DNA of 64,000 nucleotides. Source: Octopus vulgaris (Eukaryota). The notes below the pieces were generated by a model that saw only the letters and a list, made by a program, of their open reading frames with translations, was not told the origin of the DNA and did not search any database. Positions 1 through 12,783 of the stretch are shown here, piece after piece. Made by a program: the position numbers and the translations under genes. The stretch spans positions 88,970,001 through 89,034,000 of the forward strand of contig OX597820.1 of NCBI GenBank assembly GCA_951406725.2, in the 5' to 3' direction. The first letter of the stretch is position 1, and each line of letters opens with the position of its first letter.

Positions 1-286
1 AAATCTCTTTTGTATATATTACCTCACAGTCTCTTTAAAAAGAAAATTGGATGACACGGTCCTAAATATATTGTCTGAAATAAATATTGGATGATCATGG
101 TGGTTCATAGTCCTTGATCAAAAAGAACTATTTCTTCAGAGCTCACCTATATATATATATATATATATATTGGTAAAAACGGTAAGATAACAAAAGAAAG
201 AAAGAGACCTCAATATTATGTAAATAGAGGAAATTTATCTGTAAAATAATATGTGACAATTATTCAATAGCCAAGATAAAACTCTG

Positions 287-356
287 GCCAGATAACCGAA
301 GAGATGTTGTGGTGGATTTCCACTTTGGCATCCGAAACTCAGAGTTTTATCTTGGC
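287..356 (+). ncRNA. Type-I hammerhead ribozyme motif, CCGAAGA core variant
   Basis: gccagataa-CCGAAGA-gatgtt..gtgg/ccac..ggcatc-c-GAA-ACTCAGAGT-T-ttatcttggc. Stems I, II and III can be drawn. Confidence 0.65.
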
Positions 357-2567
357 TATTGAATAATTGTCACATATTATCTTACAGATATATATATAAA
401 AATTATAGATGAGGTACTTAAAATAGAAACTTAATAATTTCAAAGAGGAAATTAAACCATTAAGGGTAATTTTGGAAGTATACTTTTAAACTTTTGCCAC
501 CATGGGTAATATCAAGAAATATGCCATACAAACAATTATTTTATCAACAATTTTGGTTTTTATGAAGGAATGAGTATTAATTTCTAAAAGAAAATATTTA
601 TGAGCTTAAAATGAAATTAAGTAAAACAAATTTCTCATTTTCATAACTCCATCCATAACTGTCCTTTACCCCTACTCTTCCTCCTCCTTCCACAAAGCCT
701 AGTATGTGCACTCAACCTGCACCCTCCATGTTAATTCTCTCTTTTACGCCCTCTCCCCCTTTCTATACAATGTAAAGTGTGACTGGAGAAATCAATCAAC
801 TGAAATCTATAACATTTATTATTATATGGAGATAACTAATAAATTAAGGAAATAACAGATTGACACAAGAATTTATCTTCTCTACAACTCATTAAGTAGC
901 TTAGATGGTTCCGAAAATTAACTCTGTTACTATACTGACACCCTTTTACTCAATGTAAACCCCACTTTAATTTTTTTTAAAAAGAAAATTTCCTTGTATT
1001 ATACCCAGTAGCATAGGCCCTCGGGGCCAATACAAGAAAATATTATAATTATTATTATAATAGCTTCCTCCAAAACATTGTCTGAAGATTTTCTTTTGCT
1101 ACATTCTTACCAATATTTTATTTTCTTCTCCTGGTTCTTTAAACCAGCAATTAATCCTCATAAACATATATATAAATAAATATATGTGTGTGTGTGTGTT
1201 TGTGTAATTCTTTTATTTGTTTCAGTCATTTGACAGCAGCCATGCTGGAGCACTGCCTTTTAGTCCAAGAAATCGACCCCCAGGACTTATTATTCTATCA
1301 GTCTCTTTTGCCGAACTGCTAAGTTATGGGGACGTAAACATATCAACATCAGTTGTCAAGCTATGGTGAGGGGGGGGGGGATAAACACAGACACACAAAC
1401 ATATACATGACAGGCTTCTTTCAGTTTCTGTCTACCAAATCCATTCACAAGGCTTCGGTCAGCCCGAGGCTATAGTAGAAAACACTTGCCCAAGGTGCCA
1501 CACAGTGGGACTGAAACCAGAACCATGTGGTTGGTAAGCAAGCTACTTACCACACAGCCATACACACATATATGTGTGTGTGTGTGTGTGTATACGTATG
1601 TATACACACATATATATGCACACCTATATATACGTATGTGTGGTTTTTATTCTTTAGTTATCTCTTAAGCATACTGTAGAATCCTTGTCTATAATTTTTA
1701 TTCTCTAATTATCCAGCAACATCATCAATAATTGCATGTAAAAATACTTATTTTCAGGTTATTTTTCTATATAGATTTCAAATTGTCAAAATGTAGAATT
1801 AGTATTGTGCTTTATTTTTATCTTTTATTTGAATTTCATCATTAGTAACTTCAATGTGAATCTCCAACAATTGAATGACTTTTCATAAATATGTTTATTT
1901 CTTTATTTTTATTTCTCTTTTCATTAAGCAAATTAGTTATTCAATGACGTTGCTAATGGTTGAATGAAAGAATGTTTTAAGTTCAATTTGATTTAGGTGG
2001 TTTTTTTTTTTGTTAGCGTTTATTAACTGCTAAAATTTTTTCAGATGTTCAGTTGGAATTTCACCAATTTAGATTACTTTGGTAATGTATTAACATTTAT
2101 TTTCGAGGATATTATTATTAATGGAAACAAAAAACAATAAATTGAACAATTAAATAATTTAATCATTAAATGATAAATTCAATTCAATTTTATTATTTTA
2201 TACAAACAAACGACGCATCTCATAAATTACAGCTGTTTCCACTTCATTAATAAAACCAAATTTTTCAAGAATAATAAAATCCCGTTTAAATATAATGAGA
2301 TTTCATCAGATTGACATATCTTCTTAAATATTTCATGAAAAATCAGTAAATTCTTTGGATACTTAATATATCTTAGGTGGTTATTTAATACCTAATTAAA
2401 TTGTTATATATACATACATACATATATATATATATCATTGAAACAATTGTTGAATTTACCTGGGATTTGTAATCTACTTACATTTACTAGTATCTGATTG
2501 TTGGAAATTTAACCACATCATTTTATACTGAACACTTAATTGATATTTGCCAGGATCTTTTAATCCC

Positions 2568-2609
<42 letters not shown>

Positions 2610-5018
2610 CTGTTTATGTATATGTATAGTTATGTATGTGTATATATATATATATATGCTGGTGACACCTAAGTTAGAAAAAAATTGTTCAGTTATCATC
2701 TCCTCACAATCAAACTGGTTTTCTTTAATGGTAGGTCAGTTTTAGAGAAAATTTGATTCTACCTACATTTAGCATTTGCATATGGTTTCAACTGCCACCA
2801 AGTGATTGTTCTAGCTGTTCTTGAAGAGGACATAATTTCAATAAATATAAAAATTTACTTTGTATATTTAATGTTTCCTTGTTCAATACCTTTCCACTAT
2901 AAGCCAATGGCCATTCCGAGTTAATTCCCTTAGCTCAACTTTGTTTCATTTGCACTGGCAACTCTACATGCATGAGAAAAGGCTGAAAATTCAGTTTCTA
3001 AGAGTTTTTCACTATATGCGATAGATCATGCAGCAAAGCGATGAACTGAAAAATTCCATTAAGTTTGCTGTCGTTTGAACAGACGCACATAAGAAATTAA
3101 GTACCAACTAAGAGATTTATAAACTACTTCAATACACAAACACTGCATGAGTGTGTATGTAGTATAGAGATGAAAATGATATCTGACCTAACCTTTTTAA
3201 AGATTGGGAGAGGGCAATGATAACCTATCCCTGGAAAACCCAGCAGATGCTTCATATACAAAATATGCACAAGTTGTATACAACACGATGTTTCATGTAA
3301 ACACTTTACATGCAAATTACTTTTTCAAATGTAACTCTAGTTAATTATTTGCATCGTTTTGAATTAATCATGTATTATTTTGTAGCTTTGAGATTTCAAT
3401 GATGTGACTGTATATTTGTAGAATGACATTGTAGGGTAGGTGTTAGAGGTCAGAATTGGCAAGTTTGTACATAAAACAGAATATTTTGGCTGGATACGGC
3501 CAGCTTCAATGCTAAAGGGTTAAATTTGGTTCATTAAATGATAATCTAAATTGAATCTCCAGCATCCGTTAATTAAAATGAAATAAATATTTTTTTTATA
3601 TCAAGCAACAATGTTTGTATTTCACAAAGTTTCTCTGTTTTAAATGTTTGTGCTTCAAAAGTATATTAAAATGACTTCTTATTTCTAATATACACACATG
3701 CACCCTTATTTATTGTTGTCATTATTATTATTACAATAATAAAATACTGAAAGTAATAGAAATTAAATTAAATTTTTTTTAAATAAAAAAAAAACAAAAA
3801 AAAAAAACAAATATCCACAAATTTAGCAAAATGTTGAATTACATAAATTTAATTTCAGCTTATCTTCCAATCAGTATTAGTAGAAGAAAACGGTTACGGA
3901 GAGAAAATTGTAAAATTTTTTCCCAAATAATAAAACTGAATTAAGAAAATGAAAGCATGAATATTAAAAATACTTTTCAAAGTTCATTAAACCGATATTA
4001 AAAGGAATAATTAATAAGAAAATGTTTTAAAAAAAAAATGTTATATTTAAAAGTAAAGAGTACATATAAAAACAAAACTCCAGTTCACAAATTTTTACAT
4101 ATATAATATATATATATAATATAATATATATATATAATATTATATATATATATATGAAATAATATCAGTTCCATGAAAATATTATAGAATTTAGATAGAA
4201 AATGTTATCACAGTTTTTTTTTACTTTCTTTGGGGTAAATAAAGCATTATCCATTTTGAAATCACATATTATTTTTACAATATATATATATATATATATA
4301 GTATAAGACAGCTACTATGTAGCTAGTGAGTTACATATTTGGGGTCAAAAAAAAAAAAAATGATATGTCAGTATAGTTGCAGAATCTATATATAAGATCT
4401 GTGTTTCTCTGTCCATTTGTCTTGTGCTATCCTCAGATCAAGATGATTTTTTTTTTAGTAATTTGTTCAGAGAAGCAAAATAAAAAAGAGAATTTATTCA
4501 ATTTATCTATTACTGAATTCACATACGTAATCTAAGGAAAAGTAAGGTTTGTATATTATCTTTGAGTAAAGTATATTGTTTCCTTGCAAGCCATCAAAAA
4601 ATAAATGGCCATCAATATTTCATTCACACAATAGACCGTGTGATGAATGGAAAAGAAAGAAAGAAAAAATTATAAAAATAACAGATTTACTAGAACCACC
4701 AGTCAGTAAAGCAGTCAATTATGTAGTAAACCTATTTCAATTTACTGAATGTAGTTCCTTCTTCCACTTTGAACTACTTATTTTAGAGGTGGGTAAACTT
4801 TTTTACTAAGTCCTTCAATCAGTAAAACAGTCAATTCCGCTGTTTGTAAGGTAAACATCATTTACCACTTTGTTTATGTATAAGGAAGTTTTGGCAAAGA
4901 TATTTCACTGAATTGGGACATTAAAATTGTGGTGCAAATTAACATTTAAAAAATTGTTTTGACATTTGTCAAGATGCTCTAACAATTCTCAAATTCACCA
5001 TCACCACTAACAATAATA

Positions 5019-5940
5019 ATAACATTTTGGTACAAGACCAGCAATTTTAGATGGAAGCGAGTAAGTTGATTACATTGATCCCAGTACTTGACTGGTATTC
5101 TATTTTATCAAACCTAAAAGGAAGAAAGGTAATATTGATCTTGGCAGAATTTGAACTCAGAATACAGAGTCGGAGAAATGCTGCTAAGCATTTTGACTAG
5201 CATGGTAATGATTCTTCCAGCCCATCACCTTAATAATAATAATAATAATCCTTTCTACTAAAGGCACAAGGCCTAAAATTTGGTGGGAAGGGACTAGTTG
5301 ATTACATCGACCCCAGTGTTTCACTGGTACTTATTTTATCGATCCCGAAAGGATGAAAATAAAGTCAACCTTGGCAGAATGTGAACTCAAACATAACGAC
5401 GGGCGAAATACAGCTAAGCATTTCATCCAGTACGCTAACAATTCTGCCAGCTCGCACCTTAAATAATAATAATAATAAGTGAAAAATCATCTTGATCTTA
5501 TCATTTTTGACATGAAGCTACAAATCTTCTGCAGCGGATTATAGTTGATTGACCAAAATAGTCAGGTAATTGTGTATGAATGAATTCTTATTTTGTTATT
5601 ATCCACCACCTCCATCCAGGAAGATTAGATAACAAAATTGAATCCATAAAGAGAAGAGAGATAACTGTTCTACAAAGCAGTTAGTTCATAACTCTATTAA
5701 TTACATCATCCATAATAATAATAATCCTTTCTACTACAGGCACAAGGTCTGAAATTTAGGGGGAGGGGATAGTTGATTACATCGACCCCAGTGCTCCACA
5801 GGTACTTATTTCATTGACTCCAAAAAGATAAAAGGCAAAGTTGCCCTTGGTGGAATTTGAACTCAGAATGTTAAGAGTTGGGAGAAATGCTGCTAAGTGT
5901 TTTGCCCGGTGTGCTAGCAATTCTGCCAGCTCACTGCCTT
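5019..5940 (-). mobile_element. Cluster of three same-orientation SINE family B copies
   Basis: Copies at about 5019-5232, 5248-5460 and 5724-5940, each next to an (AAT)n run. Confidence 0.75.
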
Positions 5941-6171
5941 ATCCAGAATAATAATAATAATTATTACCATTAAACTTTATACCAGTTCAAATTTGTTTGA
6001 GAGATATTTGAACCCATGCAGTTTGGGGGTGAAGAAATTTTCTTGCTGGAGATTAAGAAAGGAGTAAAAACACCATGGTCATTTCAGAGCCCCGCCTATT
6101 GAACTGGTACATGTATTTCAAAGTAGTTATCTTCTTATCAGCACAACATACCAAAGAGAGGCAACTCTAGA

Positions 6172-6215
6172 GGTGCTGATGAGAAGGTAACCGCTTTGAA
6201 ATACATGTATACACC
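6172..6215 (+). ncRNA. Minimal type-I hammerhead ribozyme motif
   Basis: ggtg-CTGATGA-gaag(gtaaccg)cttt-GAA-ATACATGTAT (palindromic stem III)-A-cacc. Predicted cleavage after A6211 (AUA). Confidence 0.75.
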
Positions 6216-7152
6216 AGTCTTATAGGGGTCACTCTGAACTGATTACAGCATTTCTACACCTTCTTGTTTGTCAACAGTGACAATCATCCTCCATGACAAA
6301 CTGCAGTGAGAAACATTTGTATGGGTGAAATTATCCCTCAAACATATTTCAACAGGTATTAAGTTCATTTTCCCCTCAGTCACTACTTTAATGTATCTAC
6401 TTATCTATTATTATTATTATTATTACTACTACTACTAATATTATTATTATTCCTAACAAAGGCAAAAGGCAAAAAATTTTGAGATGAAGATTAAGCCAAC
6501 CCCAGTAAGTAGACAGCTACTTTATTTTATCAATCCTGTAATGACAACAAAGATAACCTCGACAGGGCTTGAACTCAGAATGCAAATGAGCCTAATTAGA
6601 TAGCACAAGACATTAGATAAGAGGAGTTACCAACTCTGCAGTAATTGTTAACACTTTAAGTTACAAACGCTTTTAAAACTATACGCAATCAAAAGGCTTT
6701 TATGCATTTAATTAAAATTAATGCCAAAATATTTCAATTATACACAACATTGCCAAACAAAGACTTTTGCAGACCATCATCATCTGCTGCCAATGTAAAA
6801 ATTCCTTTACACACTTAGCTGTCTCACACTTGTTGACATTCAATTATTTAGAGGTTCACTCACTTTCTTGTTAGAAAATTCTCTCTTTGCTTCCTTCCTT
6901 TCACAAGAAGCAAAATATTTACAAAAAAAAAATTATAAGAAAAAGTTTGTTTTTATTAATTTTTGTGTGTTGTGTCTCTGCGTGTATATATATGTGTGGA
7001 TTTAACAGAGATAATAGCACTACAAAACATGAAAAACATGAAACTAATTGTGTGCATGTGTGTGTATATATATATATATAAATGAATGAATGTCAATGTT
7101 CCATGTTGTTTTATACATATAAAATCACTGAAAGTCGAAGTTCCATGTTTTT

Positions 7153-7205
<53 letters not shown>

Positions 7206-7833
7206 ATCAATCATCATTTAATCGCTGTTTTCCACTACATATACATATTCATATATAATCAATATTTTTATAAATCAAGCAAGCACCTGTAGAAACACAG
7301 TGAAACTTACAAAAATTTATATATATATATATATATATACAAATGTATAGATATGTGTATGTGTCGATATAGATATGTATAGGTGTGTAAGTGCATGCGT
7401 GTGTGTGTGTGAGTATTCTGTCAAAGCTGATCAGTCACTCCATCAGAACAGAGAATGAATCAACAGCTTCAAATAAAAAATACAAACTCTACTAAAATTG
7501 AGTATTTTTTTTCCTCCTGAGCCCAATGTGTGTGTGTGTGTGTGCATGTGTGCATGTGCTTGCGTGTGTACACTCACATCACACACATATGAACAAAACA
7601 GTAAAGATGAAAACGAAAGTTTCAGTGATTCATAAACACTCTAGAGACAGTGTCATCATCATCGTCGTCATCATCATCATCATCATCGGTCAATAATGAC
7701 ATCACAGATAAAAGACTGCTAAAAGAATAAATGCACGGATTACTGAAAGGAAAAATAAAAGAAGGAAAGGAAAGGAAAGAAAAAGCTGATAGAGAAATAA
7801 GGTTTGACTAGAAAAAAAAAAAAGTCTTGAATT

Positions 7834-7923
7834 CTAAGCATAGGCATTCTTCAAGAGGCGTCTGTCTTCCTCCACATGACCAGCTCGATGTCTCAGGTGA
7901 AAGTCATATACATAGCCAGTAAC
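7834..7923 (-). CDS. Exon 6, terminal coding exon (cytoplasmic tail with acidic dileucine motif)
   Basis: Acceptor (ct)n-tttattactag, phase 0: VTGYVYDFHLRHRAGHVEEDRRLLKNAYA-TAG. Followed by AT/microsatellite-rich sequence consistent with a 3' UTR. Confidence 0.85.
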   Translation of the reverse strand, partial: VTGYVYDFHLRHRAGHVEEDRRLLKNAYA

Positions 7924-7991
7924 CTAGTAATAAAAGAGAGAGAGAGAGAGAATATATATACACATTGCCAAAAAATACATGTGAGTGAGTG

Positions 7992-7995
<4 letters not shown>

Positions 7996-8043
<48 letters not shown>

Positions 8044-8045
8044 TG
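7996..8045. repeat. (TG)n microsatellite near the acceptor of the last exon
   Basis: Direct inspection. Confidence 0.95.
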
Positions 8046-8157
8046 ATTCAAACAATATATATGTTATCCAAATGTTATAATTTACTCTTCCGCAAACCCA
8101 CACAACGGTGTTACTGTCGCGAAACCACGGTTTTCTACACTATAATCCAGTGAAGTA

Positions 8158-8525
8158 AGCCCAGGATTAACCCATCGGATAAATTAGACTGGGACTGCTT
8201 ACCTCAAGTAATCTTAGGTACTCCTTTACAACTCAATGTGGTAAGCCATAACCTGGATTATGACTGAATGGCCTAACAGGATCCACCTGGATATTCTATC
8301 CCTATCTATTCACTACACATACATCATCATCATCGTTTAGCGTCCGTTGATGATGATGATGTGTGTGTAGTGAATAGATAGGGATAAAATATCCAGGTGG
8401 ATCCTGTTAGGCCATTCAGTCATAATCCAGGTTATGGCTTACCACATTGAGTTGTAAAGGAGTACCTAAGATTACTTGAGGTAAGCAGTCCCAGTCTAAT
8501 TTATCCGATGGGTTAATCCTGGGCT
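8158..8525. repeat. Near-perfect 177-bp inverted repeat with a 14-nt loop
   Basis: Arms 8158-8334 and 8349-8525 compared base by base; only two mismatches (8296/8387 and 8320/8363). Confidence 0.97.
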
Positions 8526-9496
8526 CACACCCCTATATAATTAATATAAACTGCTAGCTGCAATATAATACCTATTTCTTTATAACCCACAAGGGGCTAA
8601 ACACAGAGAGGAGAAACAAGGACAGACATAGGTATTAAGTCGATTACATTGACCCCAGTGCGTAATTGGTACTTATTTAATCGACCCTGAAAGGATGAAA
8701 GGCAAAGTCGACCTCGGCGGAATTTGAACTCAGAACGTAGCGGCAGACAAAATACCACTAAGCATTTCACCTGGCATGCTAACAATTCTGCCAGCTCGCC
8801 ACCTTCTGTATAATTCTATATAATACCGTAAAGGTAAAATTGAATTGTCACTAAGTATAACTAAGGATGCCGAAGCACCAACATTGCTAGAAATAAGAAT
8901 GAAAAAACTCAACGTTGTAAGAATAGCACAATATACACGCATAATTGTATGCATAGTCACACTTAGTGACAAATTTTTCCTGTATGGTATTACATTGCGC
9001 TTGGCTGTTTATATTATACTGGCAGATGGAATTAGCCAAACCATCGACCATTTGAGCAGTCACAGTGTGATTTGTGAGAGGAGGTGCATGAGTCGTGTAG
9101 ACTTGGTCAACCATCAGAGAACTCACAGGAATCATCATCATCGTTTAACGTCCGCTTTCCATGCTAGCATGGGTTGGACGGTTCAACTGGGGTCTGGGAA
9201 GCCAGAAGGCTGCGCCAGGCCCAGTCTGATCTGGCAGTGTTTCTACAGCTGGATGTCCTTCCTAACGCCAACCACTCCATGAGTGTAGTGGGTGCTTTTT
9301 ACGTGCCACCTGCACAGGTGCCAGACGAGGCTGGCAAACAGCCACGATTGGATGGTGCTTTTTACGTGCCACCGGCACGGGGCCAGACGAGGCTGGCAAC
9401 GGCCACAATCGGATGGTGCATTTTACGTGCCACTGGCACGGAGGCCAGTTGGGGCGGCACTGGCAACGGTCATGTTCGGATGGTTCTCTTTATGGT

Positions 9497-9780
9497 AAAT
9501 TGTGATATGGCTATTGTTCACAACAGAAAATGTGCAACATGTAGAAAGGTGTCTCTCTCAGTTGGAGGATAGAAAAAGGAATGTCAAAAGAGTTCATTCT
9601 GTGGCACCTGTTTCTTCTGCCAGCCAGTACAGCTGTGCATTATGCAATAGAATGTGCAAATCTTTCACCAGGATCAAGAGCCATACAAAGGCCTCACATT
9701 GCATCGACAATGACTCATTTCGGTGATTATTTCTAGCAATGGCTTTGCTCATATATGAGAAAGTAGCTGATATATATGTG
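9497..9780 (+). mobile_element. RTE/BovB-like LINE 3' end with C-terminal CxxC..H..H finger
   Basis: ORF 9502: YSCALCNRMCKSFTRIKSHTKASH. A second such finger (VICERRCMSRVDLVNHQRTH) lies at about 9060-9130. Confidence 0.55.
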
Positions 9781-10595
9781 TGTGAGTGCGTGTGTTTGTT
9801 TGTCTACACCCACTGAACATTGCTCAATCTCAGGCAGTGATGTTATTATTTTCCCTGTGAATGGGTCATCTACTGGCTTTGAACATTCAAAGAAGTGTGG
9901 AATTAGACACACCTTAATTGAAAAACAGGTAAGGTTAGTGACAGAAAGACAATACCTCTGGAAATATACACATTTAAGTCATACTAGAAAGGGAAATGGA
10001 GGTAAAAACAAACAAATATTTATAATTGTTTATGCAGCTCTCAGACAATCAGATATGCTTAAATATACCTCAAAATGGCAAAAAAAAAAAAAAAGAGCAG
10101 TTAAGTTGTTCAATGAAGGAAAGTTTTACTTTACATGGATAGAAGTAAGTGTTGAGGACAAAGAAGTGTATCTGGTAGCAGAAACACCTACCCCAATAAG
10201 TCTTATCTGACTGGTGCTATCATAAAAAAAATTGGACATTAAAACATTTGAGTTTACAAAGTATAATTCATACCAACACCTTTTGTACATTTGCAAAGGC
10301 ATTGGCTGACCTGGTGCTATAAAAGAAAACACTTACCCAAGGTGCTGTAATGTAGGACTGAACTCATGGTTCAGAAGCAAGCTGCTTAATCACACAGTCA
10401 CATCAGTGACTGTACGTACGTGTACATGCTCACACTAACGAGTGTTCAATTTCCCTGCTTATCTTCCTCTTACGAAATATTTTCTATGGTACTATGTCAC
10501 CAATACTTATCTATGAAGATTGTGCAAGGATAAAGATACATGGTTACGTGTGTTGAATTGAGAGGAGTATCAGTAATAACAACATAGATTCTTAC

Positions 10596-10753
10596 CCTGT
10601 GCCTGTGCCGGAACAGTGTGAGTACTCCAAGGACTGCCAGTGTAGCCAAAGCTATCCAACTGTAAAACATTACCATACTTAATGGTTCGAAAGATTCATT
10701 CTTTTTGTTGAAAAAACGGTGAGGATTCTTCTCCCAGAAATTATTGCCGGCCA
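10596..10753 (-). CDS. Exon 5 (transmembrane helix)
   Basis: Acceptor tctctttctttcatag, donor AGG|gtaaga. 158 nt, phase 1 to 0: (V)AGNNFWEKNPHRFFNKKNESFEPLSMVMFYSWIALATLAVLGVLTLFRHRHR, a TM segment followed by a basic stop-transfer. Confidence 0.88.
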
Positions 10754-11218
10754 CTATGAAAGAAAGAGAAACAAAATTGTAAATAATTATTAAGACATCC
10801 ATTCTCTTACCAGATTTCCCTCTCCTCTCCCCGAGTCGTTAACCCATTTGTAATCAAGAGATCCCACCCAGGTTGTCTTCAATGCCAGCTAATATTCTTG
10901 CCTAAGGAATGAAGGTGATAAACTAAGTAATGATTCAAGTGGAAGTTTTTGAATCATTTAATCTAAAAGGGCTAACTTAAAGAACGGACATGTTTTGGAT
11001 TTATTATATCTCCTCAGTGAAGTATATTGGACAAGAAGAAAAAACAATCAGTGTGTGTGTGTGTGAAGTGATTATTGTTAGGAAAAGTATCCATAGAAAC
11101 CATAGTGGAGTAGAATGCTGCTCTTAGGCCTTGCAGAACCTGTTAAACCATGCAACGTATGCTGACATGGAAGATGGACACTGAAATATAATGGTGATGA
11201 TGACACATACACACACTG

Positions 11219-11253
<35 letters not shown>

Positions 11254-11817
11254 TACAAATGTGTGTGTGTGTGTGTGTATGTATATATATATGATATAAG
11301 CACAAAATCAAATACACATACACAAAGTGTGTGTTGTTAGTTCATATTTGAATACACACACACACACAGACAATGGATTTTTTACATTTACCATCCACCA
11401 AAGTCACTTTTACAAGGTATTAGTTGGTCCAGGGCTGTGGTAGAAGGCACTTGGCCAAAGTGCTGTGCAAGGAGGTGGACCTAGAACAATGTAGCTGCAA
11501 AGCAAACTTGTTGACCATGTAACCATGCCCAAGCCTGGTCGAGAGAGTCACAGCTGGAATACTTTTGATCATAAAGTCTGTCCAATCAGAGCTGTCCTAG
11601 GGCTAAACAAGATGAGGTTATTATATGTTATTGTTTAACCCAAGATTAACACTGATTGAACAGAGTCAGAGACAATCAGTGTCTAATCTTTTTTTTATCC
11701 CATACTGTGCACCCAGAACAACAATATCCAAAGGTGTCCTTCTTTTCTAAGATAATAGGGTAGATACTCACTGGATATTTGTCTGCAATTTCTAGACTGT
11801 TGAATGACTATATACAA

Positions 11818-11977
11818 CAGGCATGGGCAATCTTTTTTTAAGAAACAGGTCAAATGACTATGACACATGGCTCATCATCAGGTATCACCATCATAAAAAA
11901 ATTTTAAAAAATTCAAGGTAACTTTTCATTGACATGCCATTCAGAAAGTCTTGAAGGTTGCAGTTTGCCCATGATTG
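11818..11977. mobile_element. Small hAT-like MITE
   Basis: caggcatgggcaa / ttgcccatgattg inverted ends. Confidence 0.45.
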
Positions 11978-12104
11978 ATGCAAAAGCTCCCTCATTGGAT
12001 CACCACTTATAGACTGTTATTATAATAAATCATGACACTTCAATAGACAAACATTAGACTTTTATCTAATTGTATCTCAAACACCAGCTTGAACAATCAT
12101 CCAG

Positions 12105-12250
12105 TTAACACAAATACAAGGCCTTTGGTTGCGCATTTGTAGAATTTTCCATTCTGTTATAAGCATTTGAGCCAAGTTTCCAATTTGGGAATGATTTTCT
12201 CCCAGTAGTCTTGGAGAACCTGGAAAGGTTCATAAACATTGCCCTTCCTC
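12105..12250 (-). CDS. Candidate alternative terminal exon (soluble, TM-less isoform)
   Basis: Strong acceptor tttattttgctttgtcag. Open in phase 1 (GGRAMFMNLSRF...ALYLC*, stop 12105-12107) and in phase 2 (WRKGNVYEPFQVLQDYWEKIIPKLETWLKCL*, stop 12157-12159). No transcript evidence. Confidence 0.3.
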
Positions 12251-12752
12251 CTGACAAAGCAAAATAAATAAGTAAATTTTAAAAAGTTATGTTATTCTCT
12301 ACCTTTCCCTTGTCCTCCAAATTCTTAAATATTTTGCAAATTAATTGAAACATGTAAATTAAGAATTTATTCTTGGTTAGTGTTAAAGACAATTAGAGAG
12401 GATTAGAGAAACAACAGCATGGAAACAGTTTAGATGAACTCTTTAGCATTTAAACTGGCTGGCTATATCTGATGTAAGAATTCTACCTATTTTGTATTTA
12501 AACCAACCTCTCATACCCACCCTGTAATGACATTCTAAAAAAATAAACAGTTACATCATCAAAATCTCACGGGCTGAGATAATGCATGATTAATTCCAAA
12601 CAATGTGAATAAATAAGAATTACATTTGACAGAGTAAGCTGAATGCTAAATGGGTAAAGACGAAGATGAGTTAGAAAGTTGAAAGGCAATGGGAGTTATA
12701 GATAAATAGAAACAAGAAAGAATTTGTAAGACAGATCCGATAAGTCATTGAC

Positions 12753-12783
<31 letters not shown>

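Noticed and set aside
2040-3100. Possible small exons: plus-strand ttttcag|37 nt|gtaatg at about 2045-2081; minus-strand MGLKDPGKYQLSVQYKMMWLNFQQSDTSK|gtaagt at about 2482-2569; short open stretches at 2790-3090
   Set aside because: No recognisable protein similarity, no consistent exon chain, and such signals arise by chance in AT-rich DNA.
7861-7915. Tyrosine-based YxxPhi sorting motif in the tail (GYVYDFH)
   Set aside because: Neither tyrosine has a bulky hydrophobic residue at +3 (YVYD, YDFH); only the dileucine motif is supported.
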